From assembly GCA_963836185.1 (NCBI GenBank), contig CAWIIQ010000003.1:480001-544000 (forward strand): a DNA stretch of 64,000 nucleotides, read 5' to 3'. The notes beneath the pieces were generated by a model. It had not been told where the DNA came from. It worked only from the letters and a program-made list of their open reading frames with translations, and ran no database searches. Origin of the DNA: Candidatus Krumholzibacteriia bacterium (GTDB taxonomy: Bacteria; Krumholzibacteriota; Krumholzibacteriia; Krumholzibacteriales; Krumholzibacteriaceae). A program made the translations under genes and the position numbers. Positions 30,826 to 39,267 of the stretch are shown here, piece after piece (position 1 is the stretch's first letter; each line of letters begins with the position of its first letter).

Positions 30826-31530
30826 TCAGATATAGTTGTAGATCGAGAAGCCGAATATATAGGTCAGGCAGTAATAGATCCCAGCCGCGATAAACACCGT
30901 GCCTGTGATCCTTCTTGCCCAGTACTCGAAAGAAGCCATCCGGTCATATGCCCTGCCTATCCTGTTGGCGCCGAACGCGATGAGGACCGCGAATATGAGT
31001 ACGGGAAGCGCTGTTCCTATGCCGTATGCTGCGGGAAGGATGATGCCCGATTCGTTCTTTACCGCCAGCGCGAGCAGGCTTCCGAAGAAGAGAGCCGCCG
31101 AGACGGGGCAGAACGAGATGGCGAATACGATCCCTAGAAGAAGGGCTCCCCACATGCCGAGCCTGTCGACGCGGCGCTGCATCTTCTCGCTGACCCCGCC
31201 GCCGCGGCGGGAAAAGGAGATCAGCTCGAGCAGGACCATTCCTATGATAATGAGCAGCGGGCCCATCGCGAGGTTCATGTATTTCTGAAGCATGTGGGAA
31301 AGGCGCGGAGCTGAAAGGAGACTCGCGACCAGCATTGCCCCGAGAACAGTGTAGGTAAGTGTTCTTCCTGCCGTGTACAGAAGTCCCGCACTGAGTACCT
31401 TCTTCGGATCATCGACCCTGCGGCCTATGTACGAGATCGCGGTGATATTCATCGCCAGCGGGCATGGGCTGATCGAGGTGAGTATTCCAAGCCATAGCGC
31501 CGATGCCGCGGCAAGAGCGAACTGAGCCAT
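30826..31530 (-). CDS. ArsG-family / CcdA-DsbD-like membrane protein
   Basis: TSISPCPLAMNI and SFCPVSAALFFG Cys-Pro pairs; about six TM helices. Confidence 0.82.
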   Translation of the reverse strand: MAQFALAAASALWLGILTSISPCPLAMNITAISYIGRRVDDPKKVLSAGLLYTAGRTLTYTVLGAMLVASLLSAPRLSHMLQKYMNLAMGPLLIIIGMVLLELISFSRRGGGVSEKMQRRVDRLGMWGALLLGIVFAISFCPVSAALFFGSLLALAVKNESGIILPAAYGIGTALPVLIFAVLIAFGANRIGRAYDRMASFEYWARRITGTVFIAAGIYYCLTYIFGFSIYNYI

Positions 31531-32003
31531 CAGGACTCCCCGTTCATGAACTTCCCGGCCTCTTCCTGAACGTATGTGATATAAGCTTCTTTGTCGCCGA
31601 CGAGTTCCCATACACGGGTGAGGTTGAGGTAATCCCCGCGTTCTCCGTCGACGACGCGCTCGAGCACAACCGTTCTCGCCGAGAGCTGGAAATCATCGAT
31701 GAAGTGCTCGTTTTCGGCCATCTCCAGGTTGACGGGCAGAAACTCGATCCGGTTCGCCTTGAGCGCTTCGGGGAACCCTGTCTCGACAGCCTCGAGGGCG
31801 TACATCTCGATAGTCAGACAGGTCTTGCACCGGGCGTTGCCATGGAAATAGTAGAAAATATAATTAGTGCCGCTGTCAGCAAGGGCAGTCTCCGCGGCTC
31901 CCTCCATGTCCGATTCTCCCCCGCCGCTTTTCATGAAAAGGGCGACCAGGCTCGCCGCGACGAAGACGAGAAGGAGTATGGTCACTATCAGTTTGATCTT
32001 CAT
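31530..32003 (-). CDS. ArsF-family exported thioredoxin-fold protein
   Basis: N-terminal anchor; YYFHGNARCKTC..IE. Confidence 0.8.
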   Translation of the reverse strand: MKIKLIVTILLLVFVAASLVALFMKSGGGESDMEGAAETALADSGTNYIFYYFHGNARCKTCLTIEMYALEAVETGFPEALKANRIEFLPVNLEMAENEHFIDDFQLSARTVVLERVVDGERGDYLNLTRVWELVGDKEAYITYVQEEAGKFMNGES

Positions 32004-32017
32004 TGACTGGGTCTCCT

Positions 32018-32248
32018 TTATTCAAGCATTTCCTTGAGCTCGTCGATAGCCGGGACCTTACCGACTACTTTTACTTCACCGTCGATGGCGAGCGCCGGCG
32101 TCATCATCACTCCGAAATCGAGGATCTCGTTTATCTCCGTTACCTTCTCGACCTCGGCGTCGAGCCCGAGCTCCCTTACCGCGCGCTCTGTCTGCTCGGC
32201 GAGCAGCTTGCATTTGGCGCATCCAGTTCCGAGTACCTGTATCTTCAT
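32018..32248 (-). CDS. Small redox-active disulfide protein (MTH895/ArsE-like thioredoxin)
   Basis: IQVLGTGCAKC...GVMMTPALAIDGEVK..GKVP. Confidence 0.9.
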   Translation of the reverse strand: MKIQVLGTGCAKCKLLAEQTERAVRELGLDAEVEKVTEINEILDFGVMMTPALAIDGEVKVVGKVPAIDELKEMLE

Positions 32249-32299
32249 CGTCTGCCTCCAAAAATCATCATGGTCAACAGTTCATTTAAGCCACATATC

Positions 32300-33601
32300 C
32301 TAACGTGCGATCAATCCAAACAGCATGCCGCTGATCGTTGCCATGACCACGACGAGCGCGACGAATACGAGCGTTTTTTTCGTGCCCATCACGCTTCGTA
32401 TCACGAGCATGTTCGGCAGGCTCAACGCCGGTCCGGCCAGAAGAAGAGCGAGCGCTGGTCCTTTTCCCATGCCGCTGCCTATCAGGCCCTGCAGAATCGG
32501 GACCTCGGTCAGTGTCGCGAAATACATGAGAGCGCCGGCGAACGAAGCGAAGAAGTTGGCTCTGAGCGAATTGCCGCCTACAGCGCTGCTGATCCACTCT
32601 GATGGTATAAGGCCCTCGCGCCCCACCCGGCCGAGAAGCGCTCCGGCGATCAGGACGCCGAAAAGGAGGAGGGGAAGTATCTGTTTCGCGAATCCCCACG
32701 AGGCTGACAACCAGTCCGACGGCTCGCCCTTTTCAGAGCTTGCAGTGAGCGATACACCGATCACTGCTCCAGCGAAGGGTATCATCGGCTGTCCGGGGAA
32801 TACCAGGGCGAGGACCGCCGTTGCTGCGGCGGTGAGGGCGACCTTCCACCATCTCACGCCGAACCAGAATATCAGCATCAGGCCGAGACCCGAGGCGAAG
32901 ATCGAAGTGCCGATCCATTTGAATCCGTAGATAGCGGCCCATATGCCTTCGTTCCCGGCCGGCCTTCCCCAGTTGGCGAATACGAGGATACCGACCATCG
33001 AAGCGAAGTAGAGCCCCGTCTGCCAGAGAGGCCTGCCTGGCCCGGGGTCGGGCATAGCCGCCTGTGCCGCCGCTTTCTTCTCTTCTTCTTTCCTGAATAT
33101 CACGTGCATCAGCACACCGATTATGATGCTGAACAGGACCGCGCCGACCGCGCGGGCGATTCCCATCTGCACGCCGAGCACGCGGGCCGTCAGTACTATC
33201 GCGAGTATGTTGATAGCGGGACCTGAGTACAGGAACGCCGTTGCCGGTCCTAGCCCCGCGCCCATCCGGTAGATGCCGGCGAAGAGCGGAAGGACCGTGC
33301 ACGAGCAGACGGCCAGGACCGAACCGGAAACGGAAGCGACGCCGTAGGCGAGCACCTTGTTCGCCTTCGCGCCGAGATACCGCATCACGGATGCCTGGTT
33401 GACGAATACCGAGATAGCGCCGGCGATAAAGAATGCCGGGATCAGGCAGAGAAGGACATGCTCACGCGCGTACCACTTCGCCAGGTGAAACGCCTCGAGG
33501 AGCGAATTGTCGAACCTCTCCGTTCCTACCGGTATGTAGAAGAGCGCGAGGAAGACCGCGGCTATCAGCGCCAGCTTTTTCCATTCATCCCGAAGATCCA
33601 T
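32300..33601 (-). CDS. ArsP (DUF318) family permease
   Basis: LAVCSCTVLPLF, FLYSGPAIN, YFATLTEVPI, GPALSLP. Confidence 0.88.
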   Translation of the reverse strand: MDLRDEWKKLALIAAVFLALFYIPVGTERFDNSLLEAFHLAKWYAREHVLLCLIPAFFIAGAISVFVNQASVMRYLGAKANKVLAYGVASVSGSVLAVCSCTVLPLFAGIYRMGAGLGPATAFLYSGPAINILAIVLTARVLGVQMGIARAVGAVLFSIIIGVLMHVIFRKEEEKKAAAQAAMPDPGPGRPLWQTGLYFASMVGILVFANWGRPAGNEGIWAAIYGFKWIGTSIFASGLGLMLIFWFGVRWWKVALTAAATAVLALVFPGQPMIPFAGAVIGVSLTASSEKGEPSDWLSASWGFAKQILPLLLFGVLIAGALLGRVGREGLIPSEWISSAVGGNSLRANFFASFAGALMYFATLTEVPILQGLIGSGMGKGPALALLLAGPALSLPNMLVIRSVMGTKKTLVFVALVVVMATISGMLFGLIAR

Positions 33602-33602
33602 A

Positions 33603-33941
33603 TCATGTCACCTTCTGGTCTTTTTCAAGCATCTGTATCTGTTCCTCCGCGCCAGACCTGATGACCTCTTCGACACACCCCATGAAGTTCAGCACGCAGG
33701 GGACCCGGAGCCTGTAGAAGACCTGTTTTCCGCGCTTTTCATCCTCGATCAGCCCGGCCTGCTTCATTACGGCAAGATGTCGCGAAATGGTAGAGTAATC
33801 TACGCCGGCCATGTCGACGAACTCGCATACGCAGCGTTCGCCCTGGCCGAGTTCCTCGGCTATCAGGAGGCGCGTGGGATGTCCAAGGGCCTTCAGAACT
33901 CTTGATTTAGCTTCAAGATACGTCTTTTTTTTCTCGTCCAT
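33603..33941 (-). CDS. arsR: ArsR/SmtB family repressor
   Basis: KALGHPTRL, ERCVCE, STISRHL, VFYRL.VPCV. Confidence 0.88.
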   Translation of the reverse strand: MDEKKKTYLEAKSRVLKALGHPTRLLIAEELGQGERCVCEFVDMAGVDYSTISRHLAVMKQAGLIEDEKRGKQVFYRLRVPCVLNFMGCVEEVIRSGAEEQIQMLEKDQKVT

Positions 33942-33960
33942 GGGGATTCTTCCTCATTGG

Positions 33961-33999
33961 TATATTTGGCATAATAGCCAAATGAAGAGCTGGAGTCAA
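33961..33999 (-). promoter_or_regulatory. sigma70 promoter with an ArsR operator over the -10 box
   Basis: TTGACT-17-TATTAT; perfect inverted repeat ATTTGGC-ATAATA-GCCAAAT (33964-33983). Confidence 0.78.
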
Positions 34000-34081
34000 C
34001 TGGTTTGTTTTATGCAGGATAACCAGGTGGTTTGTGGAAGCGGCTCATCGACAGTCCTGAATCGAAGAGGTGGTGAGACGA

Positions 34082-34564
34082 ATGAAGAGATCCGGATGGA
34101 TGACTGGCCTGTTACTCCTTCTTGTGACGGCGTTTACGCTCGCCCTGGCCGGGGACGCCCTGGCCGGCGACAAGAAGGACAAGAAGGACAAGAAAGACAA
34201 GAAGGATAAGAAAGGAAAGCAGGAGCTGGTCGAAAGGGATGGTAAAGAGCGTTCTGGTTCGGCCGTTCGATCCGACGAGAGCCACAAAAAGTTCTCAGAA
34301 AAAAGGGAGCAGTGCGAAAGGACAGGGAAGCAAGGGGAACAGCTCGAAAAGTCAGAGCCAGTCGAGGAGTCAGAAGAGAAACCAGAAAAGAAGTCAGAAA
34401 AGGAGCTGCAAAAGAAGCAGCGGCGGGAAAAAGTAAAATATGGTATAATCCGGTCGGGTAGAGACCCCATTCTGCAATATCTGGCTCCCGATCCGCGAAA
34501 GCGCTTCCGCGTGTTCCGGGTCGTCGAGCGAATCCGACCGGAGGTGCCAGATGAACCGCACTGA
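34082..34564 (+). CDS. Secreted low-complexity Lys/Asp/Ser-rich protein; true end may be 34436 if frameshifted
   Basis: Signal peptide ending ALA; (DKK)x5; an alternative frame ends SQKRSCKRSSGGKK* at 34436, just before TGGTATAAT. Confidence 0.55.
   Translation: MKRSGWMTGLLLLLVTAFTLALAGDALAGDKKDKKDKKDKKDKKGKQELVERDGKERSGSAVRSDESHKKFSEKREQCERTGKQGEQLEKSEPVEESEEKPEKKSEKELQKKQRREKVKYGIIRSGRDPILQYLAPDPRKRFRVFRVVERIRPEVPDEPH
34169..34213 (+). repeat. 9-bp coding tandem repeat GA(C/T)AAGAA(G/A) x5
   Basis: Read directly from the sequence. Confidence 0.8.
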
Positions 34565-35120
34565 TATCAGGCGCGCTGTCGCGGCCATTGTCATCTGTTT
34601 TGTCATTGCTCTCACATCGATTGCTTTTGAGGTGGATGCCAAGTCATATATAGGCATTTACGCCGATGAAGAACACTCGGAATGTTCGTCGTACCCCACG
34701 CCGTACATGCTCGTGAGTTTCTGGGTATGGATCCAGCCGGGCGCCGACGGGCTGATATGCGCGGACTACGAGATCACCACACCGTCCAATGTCATCGATG
34801 CAGCTACTATCATAAATCCCGCGGCGGGTTATCAGATTGGCGATGCCATTGTCCCGCCCGGAGCGACTATCTGCTTCCCCACGTGCCAGGCGGACTGGAT
34901 CTGGACTCATCAGCTGCAGTGCCTCGTAACAGACGCCACGCCATCGATCATCACGCTTGATCCTCACGACGACTACGGGATACTGCGTGTGACGACCTGC
35001 GTCGAACCGGAACCTACTGTTGAAGAGATGACGAAGATCAACGATCTCTTCCTCTACCAGGGATGCTGCCTCTCGACGGAGACATCGAGCTGGGGGGCGA
35101 TCAAGTCCCTGCTGAAATGA
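34551..35120 (+). CDS. Secreted Cys-rich protein with C-terminal TExxSWGxIKxL motif
   Basis: Signal peptide; YIGIYAD...C; ends LSTETSSWGAIKSLLK. Confidence 0.78.
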   Translation: MNRTDIRRAVAAIVICFVIALTSIAFEVDAKSYIGIYADEEHSECSSYPTPYMLVSFWVWIQPGADGLICADYEITTPSNVIDAATIINPAAGYQIGDAIVPPGATICFPTCQADWIWTHQLQCLVTDATPSIITLDPHDDYGILRVTTCVEPEPTVEEMTKINDLFLYQGCCLSTETSSWGAIKSLLK

Positions 35121-35141
35121 CTTCACGATGAGTACTCCTCG

Positions 35142-36353
35142 ATGAGCGATCAGATCAGATATCCCGCCGGCGAGGGCCGCTGGAAAGCGGACGACCGTGC
35201 TATCGCTCATATCGATATGGACGCATTCTACGCCTCCGTCGAATTTCTCGATTTTCCCGAACTTGCCGGCTTGCCCGTAGTCGTCGGGGGGGACTCGAAA
35301 AGGGGGGTCGTCTCGGCGGCGAGTTACGAGGCGCGAAAGTTCGGGATCCACTCGGCGATGCCGATATTCCGGGCGAAGCGTCTCTGCTCCGAGCTGGTAA
35401 TCAGGCCGGGCAGGATGACGAGGTATGTCGAGCTCTCGCGTGAGGTGATGAAGGTCCTTCACAGGTTCTCCCCCATCGTGCAGCAGATCTCGATAGACGA
35501 GGCTTACATCGATCTGACAGGCACGGAGAAGCTCTTCGGCCCGCCGTCCGCGGCGGCAGCAGAGGTAAAATCGGAGATATTCGCGTCTACCTTCCTGACC
35601 TGCTCGATAGGATTGTCATCGAGCAAGCTGATCGCGAAGGTGGCATCCGACATGAACAAACCCGACGGGATCACGATCGTCCCGCCCTCGCGGGTGATGG
35701 AGTTCCTCCGTGTCCTGCCGGTCGGAAAGATCCCCGGTATCGGAGGAAAGAGCGAGGAGCAGCTCAGGCAGCTCGGCATCCGCGAGATAGGGGATCTGTC
35801 ACGGTATGGCTCCGAATATCTCGAGGAGAGGTTCGGCAAGTTCGGGCAGAGGCTCTCGGCGATAGCCGAGGGGAGGATACATTCCGAACTTGTCCCGTGG
35901 TCACAACCGAAATCGGTGAGCAATGAGCTGACGATGCCGGAGGACACCGGAGACAGGAGAACTCTGGAAAAATATCTCATGAGCCTCTCCGACAAGGTCG
36001 GCCGGCGACTCCGCAGGCAGGGGTTGAAGGGGAGGACCGTCGTTCTCAAGGTGAAGACTCACAAACACAGGCTGATCACGAGGAGCTCGACGCTCGAGAA
36101 GCCTGTCAGCCGCGGGAAGACGATATACGAGGAGGCCCGAAGGCTCCTCGATGAGTATGGTGTCCCTGTCGACCTCAGGCTGATAGGAGTAGGCGTCTCA
36201 GGGATCGAGCCCGAGAGCGGAAGCGGCCAGTTCGCGATGTTCGAAGGATCCTCACTTGAGGATGAGAAATGGGACCGTGTCGAGAAAGCCGTCGATTCTA
36301 TCCTCGACAGGTTCGGACGAGACTCTGTTCGCAAGGGCAGGCAGCTCGAGTAG
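35142..36353 (+). CDS. dinB: DNA polymerase IV (Y family)
   Basis: HIDMDAFYASVE, SAASYEARKFG, SIDEAYID, AKVASDMNKPDG. Confidence 0.96.
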   Translation: MSDQIRYPAGEGRWKADDRAIAHIDMDAFYASVEFLDFPELAGLPVVVGGDSKRGVVSAASYEARKFGIHSAMPIFRAKRLCSELVIRPGRMTRYVELSREVMKVLHRFSPIVQQISIDEAYIDLTGTEKLFGPPSAAAAEVKSEIFASTFLTCSIGLSSSKLIAKVASDMNKPDGITIVPPSRVMEFLRVLPVGKIPGIGGKSEEQLRQLGIREIGDLSRYGSEYLEERFGKFGQRLSAIAEGRIHSELVPWSQPKSVSNELTMPEDTGDRRTLEKYLMSLSDKVGRRLRRQGLKGRTVVLKVKTHKHRLITRSSTLEKPVSRGKTIYEEARRLLDEYGVPVDLRLIGVGVSGIEPESGSGQFAMFEGSSLEDEKWDRVEKAVDSILDRFGRDSVRKGRQLE

Positions 36354-36356
36354 GGA

Positions 36357-36887
36357 CTACCAGCTCGCCCCTTCTTTATTAGCGTCGGGCGGGTATTTCT
36401 TCAGCAGCTTCTGGACTGTGTAATTGATCTGGTCGTTCATCCTGCTGCGGTCCTGCAGGGCATCGGTCGCCCAGCCTCTCCATATGAGCTGCTTGTCCAC
36501 GCGGTCGACGATGTCGATGATAAGGGTGCCTTCCTTGTACTGATAGACATTTGTCTGCGGGTACCAGTATCCATAGTAATGCGTGACATCGACCCTGTCG
36601 CGCGCGGTGAAGTAATAGGCCATCAGGAAATCGGGATGCCCCTCCTCGATCCTGGTAAACCCCTTTTTCGCCATCTCCGCGTTGACCGCGCTTTTGACAT
36701 GTCCCTCGATAAGGGGATCGTTCATCAGGGGATTATCCTCTGTGCCCTTGACGTGAGGGATCCATCTGTAAGTCTTGTATTTCGAGAAATCGACCTCGCG
36801 GTTGTAATCCGTCTCGATCTGGACCGTGGAACAGCCTGTCATGAAGATGATCGCGGTGAACGCTGTGAATATTGCGGTTCTTTTCAT
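36357..36887 (-). CDS. DUF4136 lipoprotein
   Basis: Lipobox MTGC; DFSKYKTY.W; YKEGTLIIDIVD....LIWRG. Confidence 0.88.
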   Translation of the reverse strand: MKRTAIFTAFTAIIFMTGCSTVQIETDYNREVDFSKYKTYRWIPHVKGTEDNPLMNDPLIEGHVKSAVNAEMAKKGFTRIEEGHPDFLMAYYFTARDRVDVTHYYGYWYPQTNVYQYKEGTLIIDIVDRVDKQLIWRGWATDALQDRSRMNDQINYTVQKLLKKYPPDANKEGASW

Positions 36888-37065
36888 TTCGACCTCCAGG
36901 TCTCAGGGGGTACCATGACGAATATAACACCTATGGCGGCGGGCTTCAATGATATAGGAGAGAGTTCAATATCAGATTGTTAACACAGGCCGAACACTGT
37001 AATATCTTCTGGCAGTCAGCAAAGATGCATTCAATAAAGCACAAGCAGGAGTCCTTCGCGAGCCG

Positions 37066-38238
37066 ATGATTGATATTCTTAGAAACTCAGTGATGATAAC
37101 GGGCTTTGTCTTCGTGATGATGCTCGTGATCGAGTATATAAATGTCGTCACTAGCGGCAGGTGGGGCGAGAGGCTCGCCCGTAACAGGGCGGGGCAGTAT
37201 ATCCTCGCAGCCGTGCTCGGAGCTCTTCCGGGGTGCCTCGGACCGTTCGCCATCGTCGCGATGTTTTCCCACAGGATAGTCGGGCTGGGGGCGGTCATCA
37301 CTGCGATGATCGCAACGAGTGGTGACGAGACATTTGTCATGCTTGCCCTTATCCCGAAACAGACATTGATCCTCATCCCGGCGCTGATGGCTACGGGGAT
37401 CCTCGCCGGTATCCTGACCGATTCGCTCTCGCTGAGGGTCAGTTTTCTCGAAAAGATGCATTGCGACGGCCTCGTCGTTCACGAAGGACATGAGGGTAAC
37501 GCATTTCCCCGGGGTGGCATCGCCCGCCAGTGGAGAAACTGTACGCCGGCACGCGGGATCCTTGCCGTCGCGATAGTCCTTCTCCTGCTCGCTGTGGTAT
37601 CCGGGCAACTGTCGCACGGCAGCCATGCCCTGGGGGATATGGGAGGACAGGAGAAAGAGACGATCGAACAGATTCATGGAGAAACGGATGTCCTGGATCA
37701 CGATCACGAAGAGCCTGCAGCCGGGCAAGATCAAGAACATACTGCCGACGCCCATTCGGGGCACGATGGCTGGGGATGGATACGCATTACCCTGCTGGTC
37801 ACATCTCTTCTCGCGCTTTTCATCGTTGTGACCGTTCCCGATCATTTTCTAGACGAGCATCTGTGGAGACATATAGCGATCCGCCACGTTCCGCGGATAT
37901 TCCTCTGGACCTTCGGGGCCCTGCTCGTTCTGCATCTGCTTACATCATATCTCGACGTCGATCTCATCAGGCTCGTCGCGAAGGGACAGTGGTTCGTGCT
38001 GCTTGCGGCCTGTCTCGCCGGGCTGATCCCGCAGTCGGGGCCCCATTTGATATTCGTGACCCTGTTTGCCGGCGGATACATACCGATGAGCGTCCTGCTG
38101 GCAAACTCGATCGTTCAGGACGGCCACGGCATGCTGCCCGTGCTTGCCTATTCACGACGGGTCTTCATACTGATCAAGATCATAAACCTCATCTTCGGCC
38201 TTGCTGTCGGGGTGGCCGCGATGGCTGCGGGCATATGA
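37066..38238 (+). CDS. Putative manganese/heavy-metal transporter (DUF2899/ArsP_2) with His-rich loop
   Basis: LPGCLG, IATSGDE, GLIPQSGPH, SIVQDGHG; central His/Glu-rich loop. Confidence 0.82.
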   Translation: MIDILRNSVMITGFVFVMMLVIEYINVVTSGRWGERLARNRAGQYILAAVLGALPGCLGPFAIVAMFSHRIVGLGAVITAMIATSGDETFVMLALIPKQTLILIPALMATGILAGILTDSLSLRVSFLEKMHCDGLVVHEGHEGNAFPRGGIARQWRNCTPARGILAVAIVLLLLAVVSGQLSHGSHALGDMGGQEKETIEQIHGETDVLDHDHEEPAAGQDQEHTADAHSGHDGWGWIRITLLVTSLLALFIVVTVPDHFLDEHLWRHIAIRHVPRIFLWTFGALLVLHLLTSYLDVDLIRLVAKGQWFVLLAACLAGLIPQSGPHLIFVTLFAGGYIPMSVLLANSIVQDGHGMLPVLAYSRRVFILIKIINLIFGLAVGVAAMAAGI

Positions 38239-38268
38239 GGGCTGATTCTCGATTTCTGAAAGGACCGC

Positions 38269-39267
38269 ATGGCTGACCTTGAATTCAAACGCATAGTGAC
38301 CCACAACGATTTCGACGGGATCGTCTCGGCGGCGATATGTTCCATCGCTTCTGGTGTCAATCACGTCATATTCACCGGCCCCAACTCGATAGCAAGGGCC
38401 GAGGTCTCCGTCGGCCCCGCCGACATCGTCACCGACCTTCCCTATCCGCTCGACTGCGGGATGTGGTTCGACCATCACCCGGGCAACCTCGACGCGGTCA
38501 AGCTGAGAGGGATCGATCCGGCCGGTATTCCCGGCAGGTTCGATGAAAAACCGTCGTGTGCCCGGGTCGTGTTCGAGCATTTCACAGGCGAGGGATTCGA
38601 GATGCCCGCTCATATAGCCGGGACAGTCGACGAGGCGGACGTGATCGACTCGTTCGACTACCGCAGCGTCGCCGAGTGGAGGGAGGAGACTCCCGGAAAG
38701 CTCGTCGATATGAGCATTAAATCGGATTTCCGCGATTTCAGGGAGCAGACAAGGTTTCTGCAGCGTCTCACCGAGATGGCCAGAGAGATGCCTCTCGGCG
38801 AGATCGCCTCGGACGAGGAGATCTCAGCGAGAATCGACAATTACAAAGCGGGCGAAGAGAAGATGATCAAGCTGATCGAGGATTCGGTCTCTTTCCTCAA
38901 GGAGGACGCCGGCCATGAGCTGATCGTGATGGACTTTACGCATCACAAGAGAAGGCCGAGGGTGATCCGCAACCTCGCCTACATGCTCTATCCCGAGTCC
39001 CTCGGTGCGATGACGATCAACTCGCTCTTCCGCCGAGGGACGAAGACGAACGACATCAGCATAACGATATCGCTTTCGATGAACATGACAGGCCGCGACC
39101 ACAAAAAAGATATGGGAGAGATAATGCGTGAGCTCGACATAGGCGACGGCCACGTCGGCGCGGCGGCCGGTACTATCCAGTGTCACTCCAAGGATATGAT
39201 GCTCCGCGAGAAGAAGCGCGCCCTCGACGAGATCTGGGCGATGTGGAAAGCGATGCCAGCTATCTGA
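38269..39267 (+). CDS. DHH-superfamily phosphoesterase (exopolyphosphatase/nanoRNase-like)
   Basis: THNDFDG, DLPY, FDHH, PSCAR, GDGH..AA. Confidence 0.8.
   Translation: MADLEFKRIVTHNDFDGIVSAAICSIASGVNHVIFTGPNSIARAEVSVGPADIVTDLPYPLDCGMWFDHHPGNLDAVKLRGIDPAGIPGRFDEKPSCARVVFEHFTGEGFEMPAHIAGTVDEADVIDSFDYRSVAEWREETPGKLVDMSIKSDFRDFREQTRFLQRLTEMAREMPLGEIASDEEISARIDNYKAGEEKMIKLIEDSVSFLKEDAGHELIVMDFTHHKRRPRVIRNLAYMLYPESLGAMTINSLFRRGTKTNDISITISLSMNMTGRDHKKDMGEIMRELDIGDGHVGAAAGTIQCHSKDMMLREKKRALDEIWAMWKAMPAI

Noticed and set aside
27897-33941. Selenocysteine or stop-codon recoding in the redox and arsenic genes
   Set aside because: All CxxC and catalytic Cys positions are ordinary Cys codons and the ORFs are full length.
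27897-33999. Arsenic cluster as a transposon or integrative island
   Set aside because: No transposase, integrase, terminal repeats or obvious compositional shift at its edges.
36888-37065. Possible metal riboswitch or Fur/Zur box upstream of the metal transporter
   Set aside because: No recognisable yybP-ykoY or NiCo consensus and no convincing palindrome by eye; an Rfam scan would be needed.
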